Of a DNA stretch of 64,000 bases, positions 38,717 to 50,576 are shown piece after piece. The notes under the pieces were generated by a model. It saw only the letters and a program-made list of their open reading frames with translations, made no database searches and was not told the origin of the DNA. This stretch comes from Ruditapes philippinarum (Eukaryota). The stretch's first letter is position 1. Every line of letters begins with the position of its first letter. The position numbers and the translations under genes are program-made. The stretch spans positions 1 to 64,000 of the forward strand of contig NW_026862940.1 in the NCBI RefSeq assembly GCF_026571515.1. Reading direction: 5' to 3'.

Positions 38717-38851
38717 GCCTCAAGATAACAAATAAAGCACAAACTCAGATCTCTGGAATTTGATTGGTCAGAAACTCACAGAATGTACACTGACCAATGA
38801 AAATCCTGAGATTTGAGACAGAATGCAGAAAATTCTTTGTTACCTTGAGGC
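38717..38851. mobile_element. Small foldback MITE downstream of the DUT stop codon (probable 3' UTR)
   Basis: GCCTCAAGATAACAAA..TTTGTTACCTTGAGGC, with an inner ATTGGTCAG/CTGACCAAT inverted pair. Confidence 0.6.
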
Positions 38852-39492
38852 TGAACAAAGTTGCAACTGGCCCTAGTGTGTACACTGGAAAAAATAGGGA
38901 ATCAGTTTTTACCATATTCATTGCCAGTGGTAATTTAAAAGGTTTTTTAATGATTATATATTATAATCATTAATACCTCAGTCTCAGGATTTATCAAAGA
39001 TTTGAATTTCATGCTATGCAAAATACATCGGTTTGATTTGTTGAATTAGTTTTGTTATGTTTTTATGTGAAATCCTGGTAAAAAAGCACCATTTTGAACA
39101 AAATATTACGCAAGTACTTTTAAGTACAGCTTAAATAATGATTTCATCAATTTATTATACATTAGAAATTTGTACATAGTTAAAATACATAGGCATCTTT
39201 GTTAAATAATTACTTGTTTATTTTGTTAAGTTTTTCTGTAAAGTCCTGGTAAACAGGTTAAGGCGCTATTTCGATAAAAATATTCACCGTTTTGAGTTAT
39301 CAGTTTACCGGGTATCTTTGGGGTGCCAATGGCAGAGTGGTTAAGGTTGTATACTTCAAACCACTTGCCTATCACTGCTGTAGTTTTGAGCCAAGCAAGG
39401 ATCTTAATTTTCTTAAAAAGGTTGATATTCCTAGATAGTGTTTTTTTGTTGTTGTTTTTTTTTACAGGATTTTACAATGGTTTAACTATGTC

Positions 39493-40262
39493 CAGGGCTC
39501 CAGATAATTTTTTAGGGCAATGAGTATTTACTCATTGATTTTTTTGTGAATGAGTAAAACTTGAAATCTGAAATTTGACAGGAGTATTTTTACTCCTTAA
39601 AATGTATGTAAAAGAGTAAAAGATTTGTTATGCTTCCATGTTTATTGTATCATTATACGTGTAATACAAGATATGTCAAAGTCATTTCTTTTGCTTTTGG
39701 ACTCTCTTGGTTTATAATCTTGCATTTCCAAACGGCATACGTTTTATCTGAACCTGAGGCATGTTTCTGTTGCTCATACGTGGCAGCGCTATTATTTCAT
39801 TAATCATAACCGTCACAATTACTTTTGGGTCGATTTTTTTTCGGCTGAAAATACGAGTCAATCGTTTTAACTTTTGACAGCGACATTGTACCGGTTAATT
39901 CCACCACCTTACTATACATACGCTAACAACCGATGATAGTCGGAACTACAGGAAGTTACCGTTAGACGTTGCAAAGTATTCATGCGTAGTTAATTCCACC
40001 ACCATACTATGCATACGATAACAACCGATGATGGTCGGAAATACAGGAAGTTACCGGTAGACGCTTGCAAAGCGTTCAGACGAAATTGAAAATAAAATAA
40101 TCACCGAGTTTACTTTCGGTTACGTTTACGCGAAAGAAATGTTGCTCAATGCGTAACCTGAATTTTGTGTGCGTTTTCATACGCTTAAATTTTGTTTTGA
40201 ATGCGTAAACGGGTTATTTCCATGCGTAATTTACGCGTATACGCATCTTATCTGGAGCCCTG
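39493..40262. mobile_element. hAT-like non-autonomous element
   Basis: TIR CAGGGCTCCAGATAA..TTATCTGGAGCCCTG; imperfect flanking repeat (AACTATGTC / CATTATGTC); internal tandem duplication of about 95 bp at 39894-40075. Confidence 0.8.
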
Positions 40263-40642
40263 CATTATGTCATTGTCTTTGTGCTATATAATTTCTTTAT
40301 ATTGTGTTCTGACCCTATTTCAGGGGAAAGATACCACTAAATGTGTTCAAACATTGTATATAGGATTTTCTTTCTTTCTATTTTTGTGTAAATATTTTGT
40401 TGTATATACTTTGTATTTGATAAGAATGTTGAACGAGATGCATAGATCTGAATTTTTTTCTCAGGACATTCCTCATTGTCTTGTTTGATGATACCTATCA
40501 TTTCTTTTCTCAGACTTTTTATATGATGTCATAGTGCATGACTTTTTTTCACAAGTTTGGGAAGCAGCCCTGCCCTTCATTTTGAGGAAAAATATTCAGT
40601 ATTTTTGCAAATGGGGAAGAAAAAAGCTTGATGTAAATTCAA

Positions 40643-41312
40643 TTTTTAGCTCGACTTTTCTATGAAAAGGGGAGCTATCCTACTCGCCCCGGCGTCGGCG
40701 TTGGCGTCACACCTTGGTTAAGTTTTTCGTACCACCCCACTTTATTTCAGAAGTATTACAAGTATGGCTTTGAAACTTACCATACTTGTTCACCATCATA
40801 ACCTCCATCTACAGACAAGAGTACATAACTCTGTCAAGGTTTTTGACAGAATTATGGCCCTTTTTTGACTTAGAAAGTGTATTGAGCTTGGTTAAGTTTT
40901 TTGTACCACCTCACTTTATTTCAAAACCATTGGAGGTATTGCTTTGAAACTGACCATACTTGTTTACCATCACGACCTTCATCAACAGACAAGAGGACAT
41001 AACTCTGTCAAGGTTTTTGACAGAATTATGCCCCTTTTTGACTTAGAAAATACATTGAATATGGGTAAAATCCACTTATTGCCTTAACCCTTTGAGATAT
41101 TGCTTTTGACTTAAACATTTCAAACTTTGCTGCAGTGTTCAAGGGTATCACACAATTCAGTAAAATAATTCTTCACTAAATATCTTAATGCTCATGGCCA
41201 TTGTTCACTTTAAAAATACAGAGATTCTTGTATTGCCTTTTACTGCAAAAACTTTTTTTATTGGCAAGCAATAAAAAAGTCGAGCGCGCTGTCTTACGGA
41301 CAGCTCTTGTTT
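40643..41312 (+). mobile_element. HINE-like element, two about 180-bp core units
   Basis: TTTTTAGCTCGACTTTT..AAAAAGTCGAGCGC subterminal inverted repeats, (GGCGTC) microsatellite, 3' hairpin GCTGTCTTACGGACAGC, then TCTTGTTT. Confidence 0.8.
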
Positions 41313-42298
41313 CCACAGGTGTGTTCAAACTGTGCCATGGGGAATTAGGAACATTTCAATATTGATCTCCATTTTTTCCCCCAATAATGTGTTCAAATTA
41401 GTATGTCATTAAGCTAACTTGTTCAATTTTTATTGTGTGTTCAAAATATATTTCAAAGCCATTGTGTTCTGTTTACGTTGTATGACAAGTGTTAAAATAT
41501 ATGTAATTTATGCAAACCTATTGTCATCAAAATTCATTCATTGGTAGGTTTTGCCATCATAAACTTTGTTAATTGTTTCATTCTTACTTATTTGTGTTCA
41601 AAGAACATTTGTTGTAGAAGGCTCAAATATTTCATATGCTTAAACTTTTCAACTCATAAAAGCATTAAAAAGTATGAATATCAACCTGTTTACAGAACAG
41701 TAGCATAGTATTTTGACTGCCTAATGTTAATTGTCTATTTGTACTCATGATCAAAATAAATGGGTATCAATCTACATTTGTATATGTGTTAGTTTTGATT
41801 TTATTTTGCCTACTAGCGTTTAAGCTGCGTTAAGTCACAGCGTCTAGGATTTGAAAAACAGGGGAGATTTTTATCGAAAAGTCAGAATTTATTACATTTA
41901 CTGATTTTTTACCTTCTTTCTCTATGTAAAATTTTCATCCTGCCTCTGAAAAATAGGGAATAGGAGTGAATCCCCCCTCCTAGAATAGACACTGAGTAAT
42001 AGGTAACTTAGTAATGTAGTGATTACATATTGAAGATTATGCCCCGACCCAGATTCCGTTTGTTTCAAATAAAGCTATTTCGGCTATGGCTATTTTTTTC
42101 GCATTATGGCAACAGTTGTATGTATTCATTGACGAGTGTCTCGAATAAGGAACGTTAGAGTAAATGATGTTTAAACTAACAATTGATAAAAACTGTTGTT
42201 ATTTCACCAGCCAGTGATTAAGGAGGATGGCTTCAAATCCACTTTAGGTCTTCATCGAGTTTGGTTTGATTCCTAACATGAAATTACTGAGGTCCATT

Positions 42299-42975
42299 TG
42301 TATGCTCCCCGAAATGTGAGCATACAGTTGCCGCTTTGTCTGTCCTTGTCTGGGACATAACTGAAACAACAACAGGTACCAACATGAATCTTTGTAGATA
42401 GATCTGATTGTGAATGAGTAGGTGTGCAGTGCACAAGAACGGTAACTCTGCCTTGCCTATTTTTTGAATTATTGCCATACTTTGTGCAGGACATAACTCT
42501 TAAGACTATAAGAGGTATCAACATGAAACTTTGTAGGTAGATAGATCTCGTTGAGTAGGTGTGCATTACATAAGAACCGTTACTCTGCCTGGCCTAATAC
42601 TTGATTGAATACCCTTTGTTTATTTTTACTTTTTGACTTGTACGGGACATAACTAAAGCTATTAGAGATATCAACATGAAACTTTGTAGGTAGATAGATC
42701 TCATTGGATAGAACTGCAATGCTAAGAAACCTAAACATAGCCTTGTCTAATTTTTGGAGTTATTGCCCTTTGTTCATTTTTACCCGGAACATAACTCTGA
42801 AACTATAACAGATATCATCACGAAACTTTATAGATAGATAGATCTCATTGAATAGAAGTGCAGTGCAAAAAAGAAAAACAACTGCCTTGCCTTATTTGGA
42901 GTTTTTGCCCTTTAATAATTTTTTTATACATTCCTGTGTCCAAAACCTTGGGGTGCATCAACCGGTTCTTGTTTG
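42299..42975 (+). mobile_element. Degenerate HINE-like element with about 150-bp tandem units
   Basis: TATGCTCCCC..GAGCATA 5' hairpin, GTCTGTCC microsatellite, and repeated CAACATGAAACTTTGTAGGTAGATAGATCTC. Confidence 0.65.
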
Positions 42976-43239
42976 TTGGAAAGCTGTCACATTATCAGCC
43001 ATGTGTAGTCCTAATACATGTACATGTAGCTGTCATAAATTATGTTCATGTAGTATCCAGGCCGGAACATCATCAAGGAAGCTAATCTGACCTTTGGCCG
43101 ATTTTGGAGTGTTTACCCTTGTTATTTTTCACGCCAGGTTGTTATTTTTCACGCCAGGTTCTCTTTAAGTTGAAAAGCTGTCTAGTGGCCTTTACTCCGT
43201 AAATGTAACTCAGTTTCTTATAGTCTTAGTCTTTAATGA

Positions 43240-43273
43240 ATGGCATTTAAACTTGGCTTGTTAATCTATTGGT
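43240..43273 (+). CDS. Tentative first coding exon of the Cys-rich protein (signal peptide start)
   Basis: ATG..MAFKLGLLIYW followed by a phase-1 donor (T|GTGCGT). Joined to 48468 it gives MAFKLGLLIYWFLFILALFGYCHG, a plausible signal peptide. An Inr-like TCAGTT lies at about 43210. The donor is weak. Confidence 0.4.
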
Positions 43274-44921
43274 GTGCGTGCATTGTATATCATTTGTACG
43301 CTACGCCGGTTGAATTATGGCAAGAGCGTACACGTGTACATAGTTTTAACGACCCGCTTCTGACAAACCTGTCCGTTACATCGGAACAATGCATGCACAT
43401 TCAAGGCAGGGTGTTGGGAGGAGAATAAAGAAATTATTAAATTTGGAACGGTACAGAAAACAATTATAGCGCAAAGACACGGATATGAAAAAAATTACAG
43501 TGTATGACTTGACGAAAAATAATGAATAAAAAAGTTTAAAAGATTTGTAAAATTTATCGATGTTTCGTGCATTATGATGGATACACAGCTTGTACATGGT
43601 CAGTCTATACCCTGCTGAATTTGCCCAGAAACTTTCATTTCATAAATAAGACGTCATGGTTTCCCACTTCTATGGTTTGAGTAATGCATTTTCACTGCAA
43701 CATTCTAATTAAAGTTTAAGGGATAAAAAGAATAGAGCCATCAAAAGTATAATGCATACTCGGACTGTGGTACGGATGTGTAGGCTTGCCTGGCTCTATT
43801 CTGTTAGCAAAGGGAGATAACTTAGTTCCAGCTTCATGTTAAAAGAATGACAAGATTATAGCACTTGACGAGTAATGATGAGATAGCCTTTTAAGCTGCA
43901 TGCCTCCAGATTCGTTTCTTTATAAAAACTTATGAAAATATGTGTAGTGTAGGACAAAAGCTGTCCCGGGCAAAAACCCTCCCGTCCAAAAATAACCAGT
44001 TCGCACAGGCTTTTGCCCGCCTTGTCATTTTTGGAATGGAGGGCTTTGGTGAAAATATATTTAAAAGTAAAATATCGTAATTGGATATTGGATATTTGTG
44101 AGGTTTATATAATCTATATACACGGCTTCAGTCGATTTAAAAATTAACTAAAAAATCATATAAAGAAAGTTTGCAGTATTATAAATTTGTCATTAAGATT
44201 CTTAATATAAACGGTTATTTGCAATCTTAACAAAGTGGTTATACAAAATTAACGTTTATACAAGGCCACATAACCTGTCAAAAATCTTTATAACTATTAA
44301 TACAAAATGGTTACTCGCTTTAAGAAAATAAGATAAACCACTTAAAAAAAGAAAAATGAATTGTTCCATTCTCAAAGTCGGGCAATTCCATTGTTGTAAT
44401 TTTAGCGGTGTATAGTATAACTACTTTAGTAAACGGATTCATTAAGCATTGTAAAATAAACAATAGCTTTTAAACAATGCGTTCATTGAAAATCATAAAG
44501 TGAAAAAAGTATAACAGAAAAAAATCTTTAAATAAACTACATCTAAAGAATTGAAAAAAAAGAAAGAAATTAAACGGGTGAATACTATGGACAACATGTA
44601 AATTTATTGTTTTATTCAATTTGATTTACAAAAATGCGTACACTTTTATATTTGAGATTCAAAGGTAATTATATTTATTTTTCAAATATTTTATTTGCCT
44701 CAAAGGTACAATGTTTTAAGTGAAAAGGTCTATATTTACAATGGCCACATTGTACATTAGTATTTCAAATTTTGATAAAAAAATAAAAGAAATGTATCAT
44801 TCGGACTTTCTCATGAAATGCCTCGGTTGATAAAGTTTAAAGTGATTTAGAATAAAATACATATATGATGAATAATAATATTTTGTTCTAGAACATTTCA
44901 TTATCTGCTTTATAAATATTT

Positions 44922-46377
44922 GAGCCGCGTCACGACAAAACCAACATAGTGGGTTTGCGACCAGCATGGATCCTGATCAGACTGAGCGGATGTCATTATG
45001 CATCCGCGCAGTCTGATCAGGATCCATGCCTGTCTACATGTAATAGAGCAGGGGCGGATACAGAACAAGGTTTCCTGGGGGGGGGGGGGGGGGGGCTGAC
45101 ATATGGGTGGACGAATTTGACAAACATAATGCAACAGGCAAAAATTGAAGATTGGGCCAGCATCTTGTTCATGTGTCAAAAATTGTAATTGATGTGTTTT
45201 ATAGCTCATCTAATGAGTGGCGATGCGTTTCCCTTATAAATGTGTATACTAATGTTTTTGTAAATATTTAGTTGATATGGAATTAAGAAAAATATATGTA
45301 AATGGGGTGGGTGTGGGAGGGGTGTCCCCTCACATAGACCGAGAAAATTTTGAAATATGAGGTTGAAAATGGTGTTATTTCCTTGACTTTCTAGTGCTGT
45401 TTATTGTACCTTTTGGATGGTTTTACAAAATAATGTATTTTGTATAGGTTATTGTTTGCAGGGTCTTTCAAAAAGAATTCCCCTAATGTTAAGTAGTGAG
45501 CATTTACAAAATAACAGCACACTTACCAATGTATGCACAACTGTTGATAAAAATAAATTCAAACACTTGATCAATTTATTCATCTGAATAATAGACGATT
45601 TTCCAAAGTTACATTGTAAGTGATATTAAAATACTGCCTTCCTAATGTACCAAAAAAAGAATTTAAAAAATTAAACACTCAAGTATTCAATAAGAATTTT
45701 TCCCATCAATGAACCCATTTTAGATACTTAAAAGAGGTCAGTACAATTTAAATTATATTTAAAAATATAACTGCCATAAAAAGTTATTAGCAAATGACCA
45801 ATTATGTCATATTAATAAAAATCTTAGTAAAACTACCGGTAGTGATTAAAACGCGATTCCTTTAATATTATCATTATAAAACTCGCCATCTTTGTAATTT
45901 ACAAATAATAATTTTCAATTTCTTAATAATAGGACTTGGAAAAACAAAGATAGTAAAATATGGTGCACAATGTAATTTGCCACTATCAGTGACTATTTAT
46001 TTCATTAGACCTTTGGAAAGTAATAAACCAATCAATTATGCAGTTTAAACATTGAAGTCATTCAAGCATGCTGAAAGATAAAGATCTCTGCCAAGCCCCT
46101 AGGCAGGAGATTAACAACTGGATGACAGCAATTAATGTTTTGATAAGGGAGTACACTACAGCCAATAAAGTTTGAAACTCACAAATATATATTCCAGCCC
46201 AGCTGGTAAACATATCTTTGGGTCAAGCTGGGGGGGGGGGGGCTGCAGCCCTGAAGCCCGGGCCTGAATCCGCCACTGTAGAGTTGGTCAGCGAACAGCA
46301 TGGATCCTGATACACAGGCTGGTCTGAATCCATGCTGGTCCCAAACGCACTATGTTGGTTTTGTTGTGACGCGGCTT
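44922..46377. mobile_element. Palindromic Sola-like MITE (4-bp ATTT TSD) interrupted by a nested element; second partial copy at about 18938-19102
   Basis: GAGCCGCGTCACGACAAAACCAACATAGTG..CACTATGTTGGTTTTGTTGTGACGCGGCT with ATTT on both flanks; internal GCATGGATCCTGATCAGACTG palindromes. Confidence 0.8.
45049..46278. mobile_element. Nested non-autonomous DNA transposon (CAG-terminal TIRs)
   Basis: CAGGGGCGGATACAG..CTGAATCCGCCACTG, G-runs near both ends, flanked by TAGAG on both sides. Confidence 0.8.
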
Positions 46378-48467
46378 ATTTGTAATATTGGATAATTATC
46401 TCACACCTGCCAAAAACTTTCATGTATAATTCTTCAATGTTTTTTTGTTATGTCTGATACTGAATATTGTTTACGTAATTATTCATTGTAAATTACAGAC
46501 ATTCCATTATAGAACATTTCACTTTAAAGGACATTACCCCTCGGAATGACCCCCCCCCTTCTTTAGAAAGGGATTTTTTAAATTTTTAGAGCATTTAAAT
46601 AATGGTTTAAGGGTAGTCATATGTTATTAAAAAATAATGGCGCTAAAGTAAAAATTTGTCAAAAAAAGAGAACATGAAAACAAAGTATATTTTGCTTTAT
46701 AAAAAATACAAAACACTATAACGAACTAGTCCCCAAAAAAAGAACGGGCCAAAAGGGGGGCCATATTGGCAATTGAGAAATTTTGAACTAAAACTGGCAC
46801 AAAAAAAAAAAAAATTTTTTTAAGAAATAAAATAATCTTTTCGAGCTAAGGGGCCTTTTAAAAAGGGCACATTAGGGTTCCATAAAATTTTAAACATCAT
46901 TTCTAAAATTTGTACTTTTTGCATTTCATTTCGTTTTTTTTAACCCAAAGGGCTATAAATCAAGGGTTTTTTTAACAAACAAAACCAAAAAAAAAAAGAA
47001 TCAATTATACTACTTAAAAAAAAAAAGGGATTTTCAATTGTTCTTTCAAGTACTTTTTAAAATAAAAACATTATTTTTTTGTAAAAAAGGGGAAGGAAGG
47101 GAAAAGTTTTTTTAAAAATTTTAACAAAATTTTTTTACAAAATAAAAAATTTTAGTAAATTTTTTTCACAATTTCTTTAATCTGTCAAGTTTAAACTTTT
47201 TGGGAAAATAAAAAACCGGGAAGAAAGTTTTACGTCTTATGTATTAAAGTAAAATTAAAAATAATGTGAAATCACACAAATGTTATACAAACATAGTGTA
47301 AGGATCGTAGCTTATGAAAATATTAATCGTGAAAGTTTTTAAAAGGAATTGAAAAAGGGGTTTTAGTTAAAAACTAAAATTTATTAAAATTTAAAATTTT
47401 AGCGAGCCTCTGGGGAGCATAATATTATTTTATCCAACGAGTTCAATAAATTCAGCAATGAACTTAGTACACGAATTTAATATTCTATTTATCACATACC
47501 CCAAATAAAGGCCATTTAACGTGAAAAAAGAGAGTCATTTTTCATTGTATGTAACATTTAGCGCGTCTTTACCCTATGAGCCAGAGGCTCGCATAATATA
47601 TTTTTATTTAACTCGTGTAATGTAATCAGTATTGAAGTTACTCTCATTCAATATCCTCTATTTATTACTAACTGGGATAGATAATCTTTACCCCGCTTGA
47701 ACAAAAACTGATTAATCATTATTTGCACCTGCAATCCTGCACACCTAAGCACGACCACCCCGTTACCTAAATAGATAAAGAGTTGGTCTGTGAATCGGTC
47801 GAAGCGGGTTCGATTGGTGGACGGTGCAGGTCACCCTCGTTGTAGTTGATCATGAAATCCTTTCTACGGCCATTCGCACTATTCGTCTGCTCTGGCAACT
47901 AGTACTGGTGAAGTACTTAACAGCCTGCCCAGAAAAAAAAACTATGCTCCGGCGAATTCAAAGTGACCTCGTGAATCGGAGAGATCGTGATTGGAGATAA
48001 AAAATTTTGTAAAATAAAAACAGTTGCTTTTTTTTTTTATTAAACCGGTATTTCCGGGGGAATAAAATTTTTAAAAATTTTTTTTATTCTGGGATAATGG
48101 GTTTTTGTCACGGGAAACTTTAACAAAATTGAGACTTTTTATTTGCAATTTTGAATTTTGGGGCAGATAAGTTTTAATTTTTCAGAGCCTGCCCAAAAAT
48201 TAAGTTTTTCATTTTTTCCCCTTTTAGCTTTTTCACGGACAGTAAGCAAAAATTTTACATTTTTTATTCTGAACAGTTGGATTGCACGGGCCCCACAATT
48301 TTAAAATTTGTTTAATTTTGCCATTTTTTCGCTATGTACGAAATGATTATATTGATTTGGCAAGAGGTATTGTCACGGAAATAAACATTTTCGTTATATT
48401 TTTTACACATTTGTTTATTCTGGCACTGTATGCTTATTGTCACGGAGCCTGTACATAATATTTACAG

Positions 48468-50545
48468 TTTTGTTTATTCTGGCACTGTTTGGCTACTGTC
48501 ACGGAGGCTGTACGTACAGTGATATCAACACGGGCCTGAATAACTGTGTGGACGCTGCTACTACATCAACAACCGTAAGATGGTTCTTTCCTCACGGAAC
48601 ACTAGCACAACAAGCAGAATTCTGTCAGTAAGTATTGACATGCTCTTATACTGTAGAAAGTAATCTCATATATTTCAAAACTATTTGAATATAATTTTAT
48701 AAATTGGTCAATATAGACACAAGCTTGTCATCATATCTACTCTATAAAAGAAACGGATTTTTGCCGATTATTGCAATAAAAGAAAAGTCGCGGAATACTT
48801 GTATACCATGCAACTGCGTTTCCAACCCATAGAAAATGTTCCTACTAATTTTGTTTTGCCCATCGAGTTTAGTTTTTTTACACAGTCTATGTCCTGAGTC
48901 CTCCCACCTACAGTAACCGCTGAATAATAAGTGGGTAACGCAGCTGCAAATAGATATTGTTTTTTAATAATGGCCTTTCAATAAAGACAATGCTTTTATT
49001 TTCATTTTTCAAAAGCTTTGTAATATTAATGTCCTTCGAAAGTTTCCACAACGTTTCTCATTAGCTATTTACCTGCACCATCTTTTGCTGGTCGCTTTTA
49101 GGCAATTGGTAAAAATATAGTGAAAAGGTTTCGGAAACCAAAATACTACTTTGTTTACGTTTGCCACTTTTTCACATTCAGAGTTATAGTTTTGTCAGGT
49201 GATTAACATCTGAAATACCCGAAAACCATTACTTAAACGTTATAAAACCCAAGTTTGTCCTTGCTAAAGAATGGGAAAAGAATCGTTTTCGAGGCGTCAT
49301 GGACCTTTAATTAAAGAAGTTTTTATAACGTTACCCATTCTATTACAGGAGTAGTGCTCAGACAACTTTGGCTACATGCATCAACAACATATTCTCGGCC
49401 TGCAAGCTTGAGGCGAAAAGTTTAAAAATGTTCGGCACCACTGGGGATAACCTAATTAATGCATACACTAATTTATGCTCTTCATCCTTAGTCAGTAAGT
49501 ATTAAACTTCTTGATGTAAATTACGGTGTACCGTTAGAGCCATCGCGACAATACAAAAATAGGGTGATGAAGAGTCGAAATAACGGAGCCATGATTGTGA
49601 AAAATGAATGTACAATGATGAAAAGTTGAAAGTGCGATAGGGGAATGTCAAAATAACGAAAGCACGATTAGGAAAACTAGATATAATTGCGTGCTTTAAC
49701 TATCGTAATTGCGACCTTTCACCACCGTGATATTATGTGTGTACTTGATGGGGCATAAGGCAAGTCTAATATGATTTCTCAGGCTGTGTACTGAGTCCAA
49801 ATATTTTCCATTTTGTGTCCTCTCAATGTTTAATAAGGTAACCTGTTCTCTCTATTCACTTAATAATCAGTCGGTATGATAAAAATCGTATATTGACCAT
49901 CGAATCTGATTCCTTATAGCGGATGCCCAAGCATGTATGTCAGTTGTATCAGCGACGGCAACGTTCAACGCGGCGGAGACGACATTCATCAGTAGAGTAG
50001 CCGCTCTTCCTGACGCCGCCACAAATATAGAAATATGCGGGTATGTTCAGTTTCATGTTATGTAAATTATTCTTGTTCCTCTCACTTTTAACACAGAGAA
50101 ACATTTATAAAAATAGTTTATCACATATCCGATTTTGCGACTCCATAAAAAGGGTATTGCACGGCCGTGCAAATATTTTGACTTGACGTGATTTGCGTCA
50201 AGCTATTCGCACGTCAATGAAAAATGTTTGCTTATCACTTCAAATGGTCTTTATTTTTGGTATGTGATAAATAAATTTTTTAATTCGTGTAAGTTCATTA
50301 CTAAATGTATTGAACTCGTTGAATAAAATTATATTGTGTTCGCCAAAGGCTGCATAATATACATTTTTTTGTAATTTTATTCAACTCTTCATCATCATCG
50401 TCATCACCAAAATCACAAAATCTTTATCACCTTTATCATCATCATCTAGATAATAATGATCACCTCCATCATCACCATCAGCATCATCATCATTTCCATC
50501 ATCGGAATTTTTACTTTCATCACATCCACCATTGATTTTTTCATA

Positions 50546-50576
<31 letters not shown>

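Noticed and set aside
44910-45209. ORFs with poly-Pro/poly-Gly
   Set aside because: They span the junction of two nested MITEs and a G homopolymer.
48437-48467. TTG start assigned by the ORF track
   Set aside because: This segment is intronic repeat sequence ending in a TTTACAG acceptor; a eukaryotic ATG in an upstream exon is more likely.
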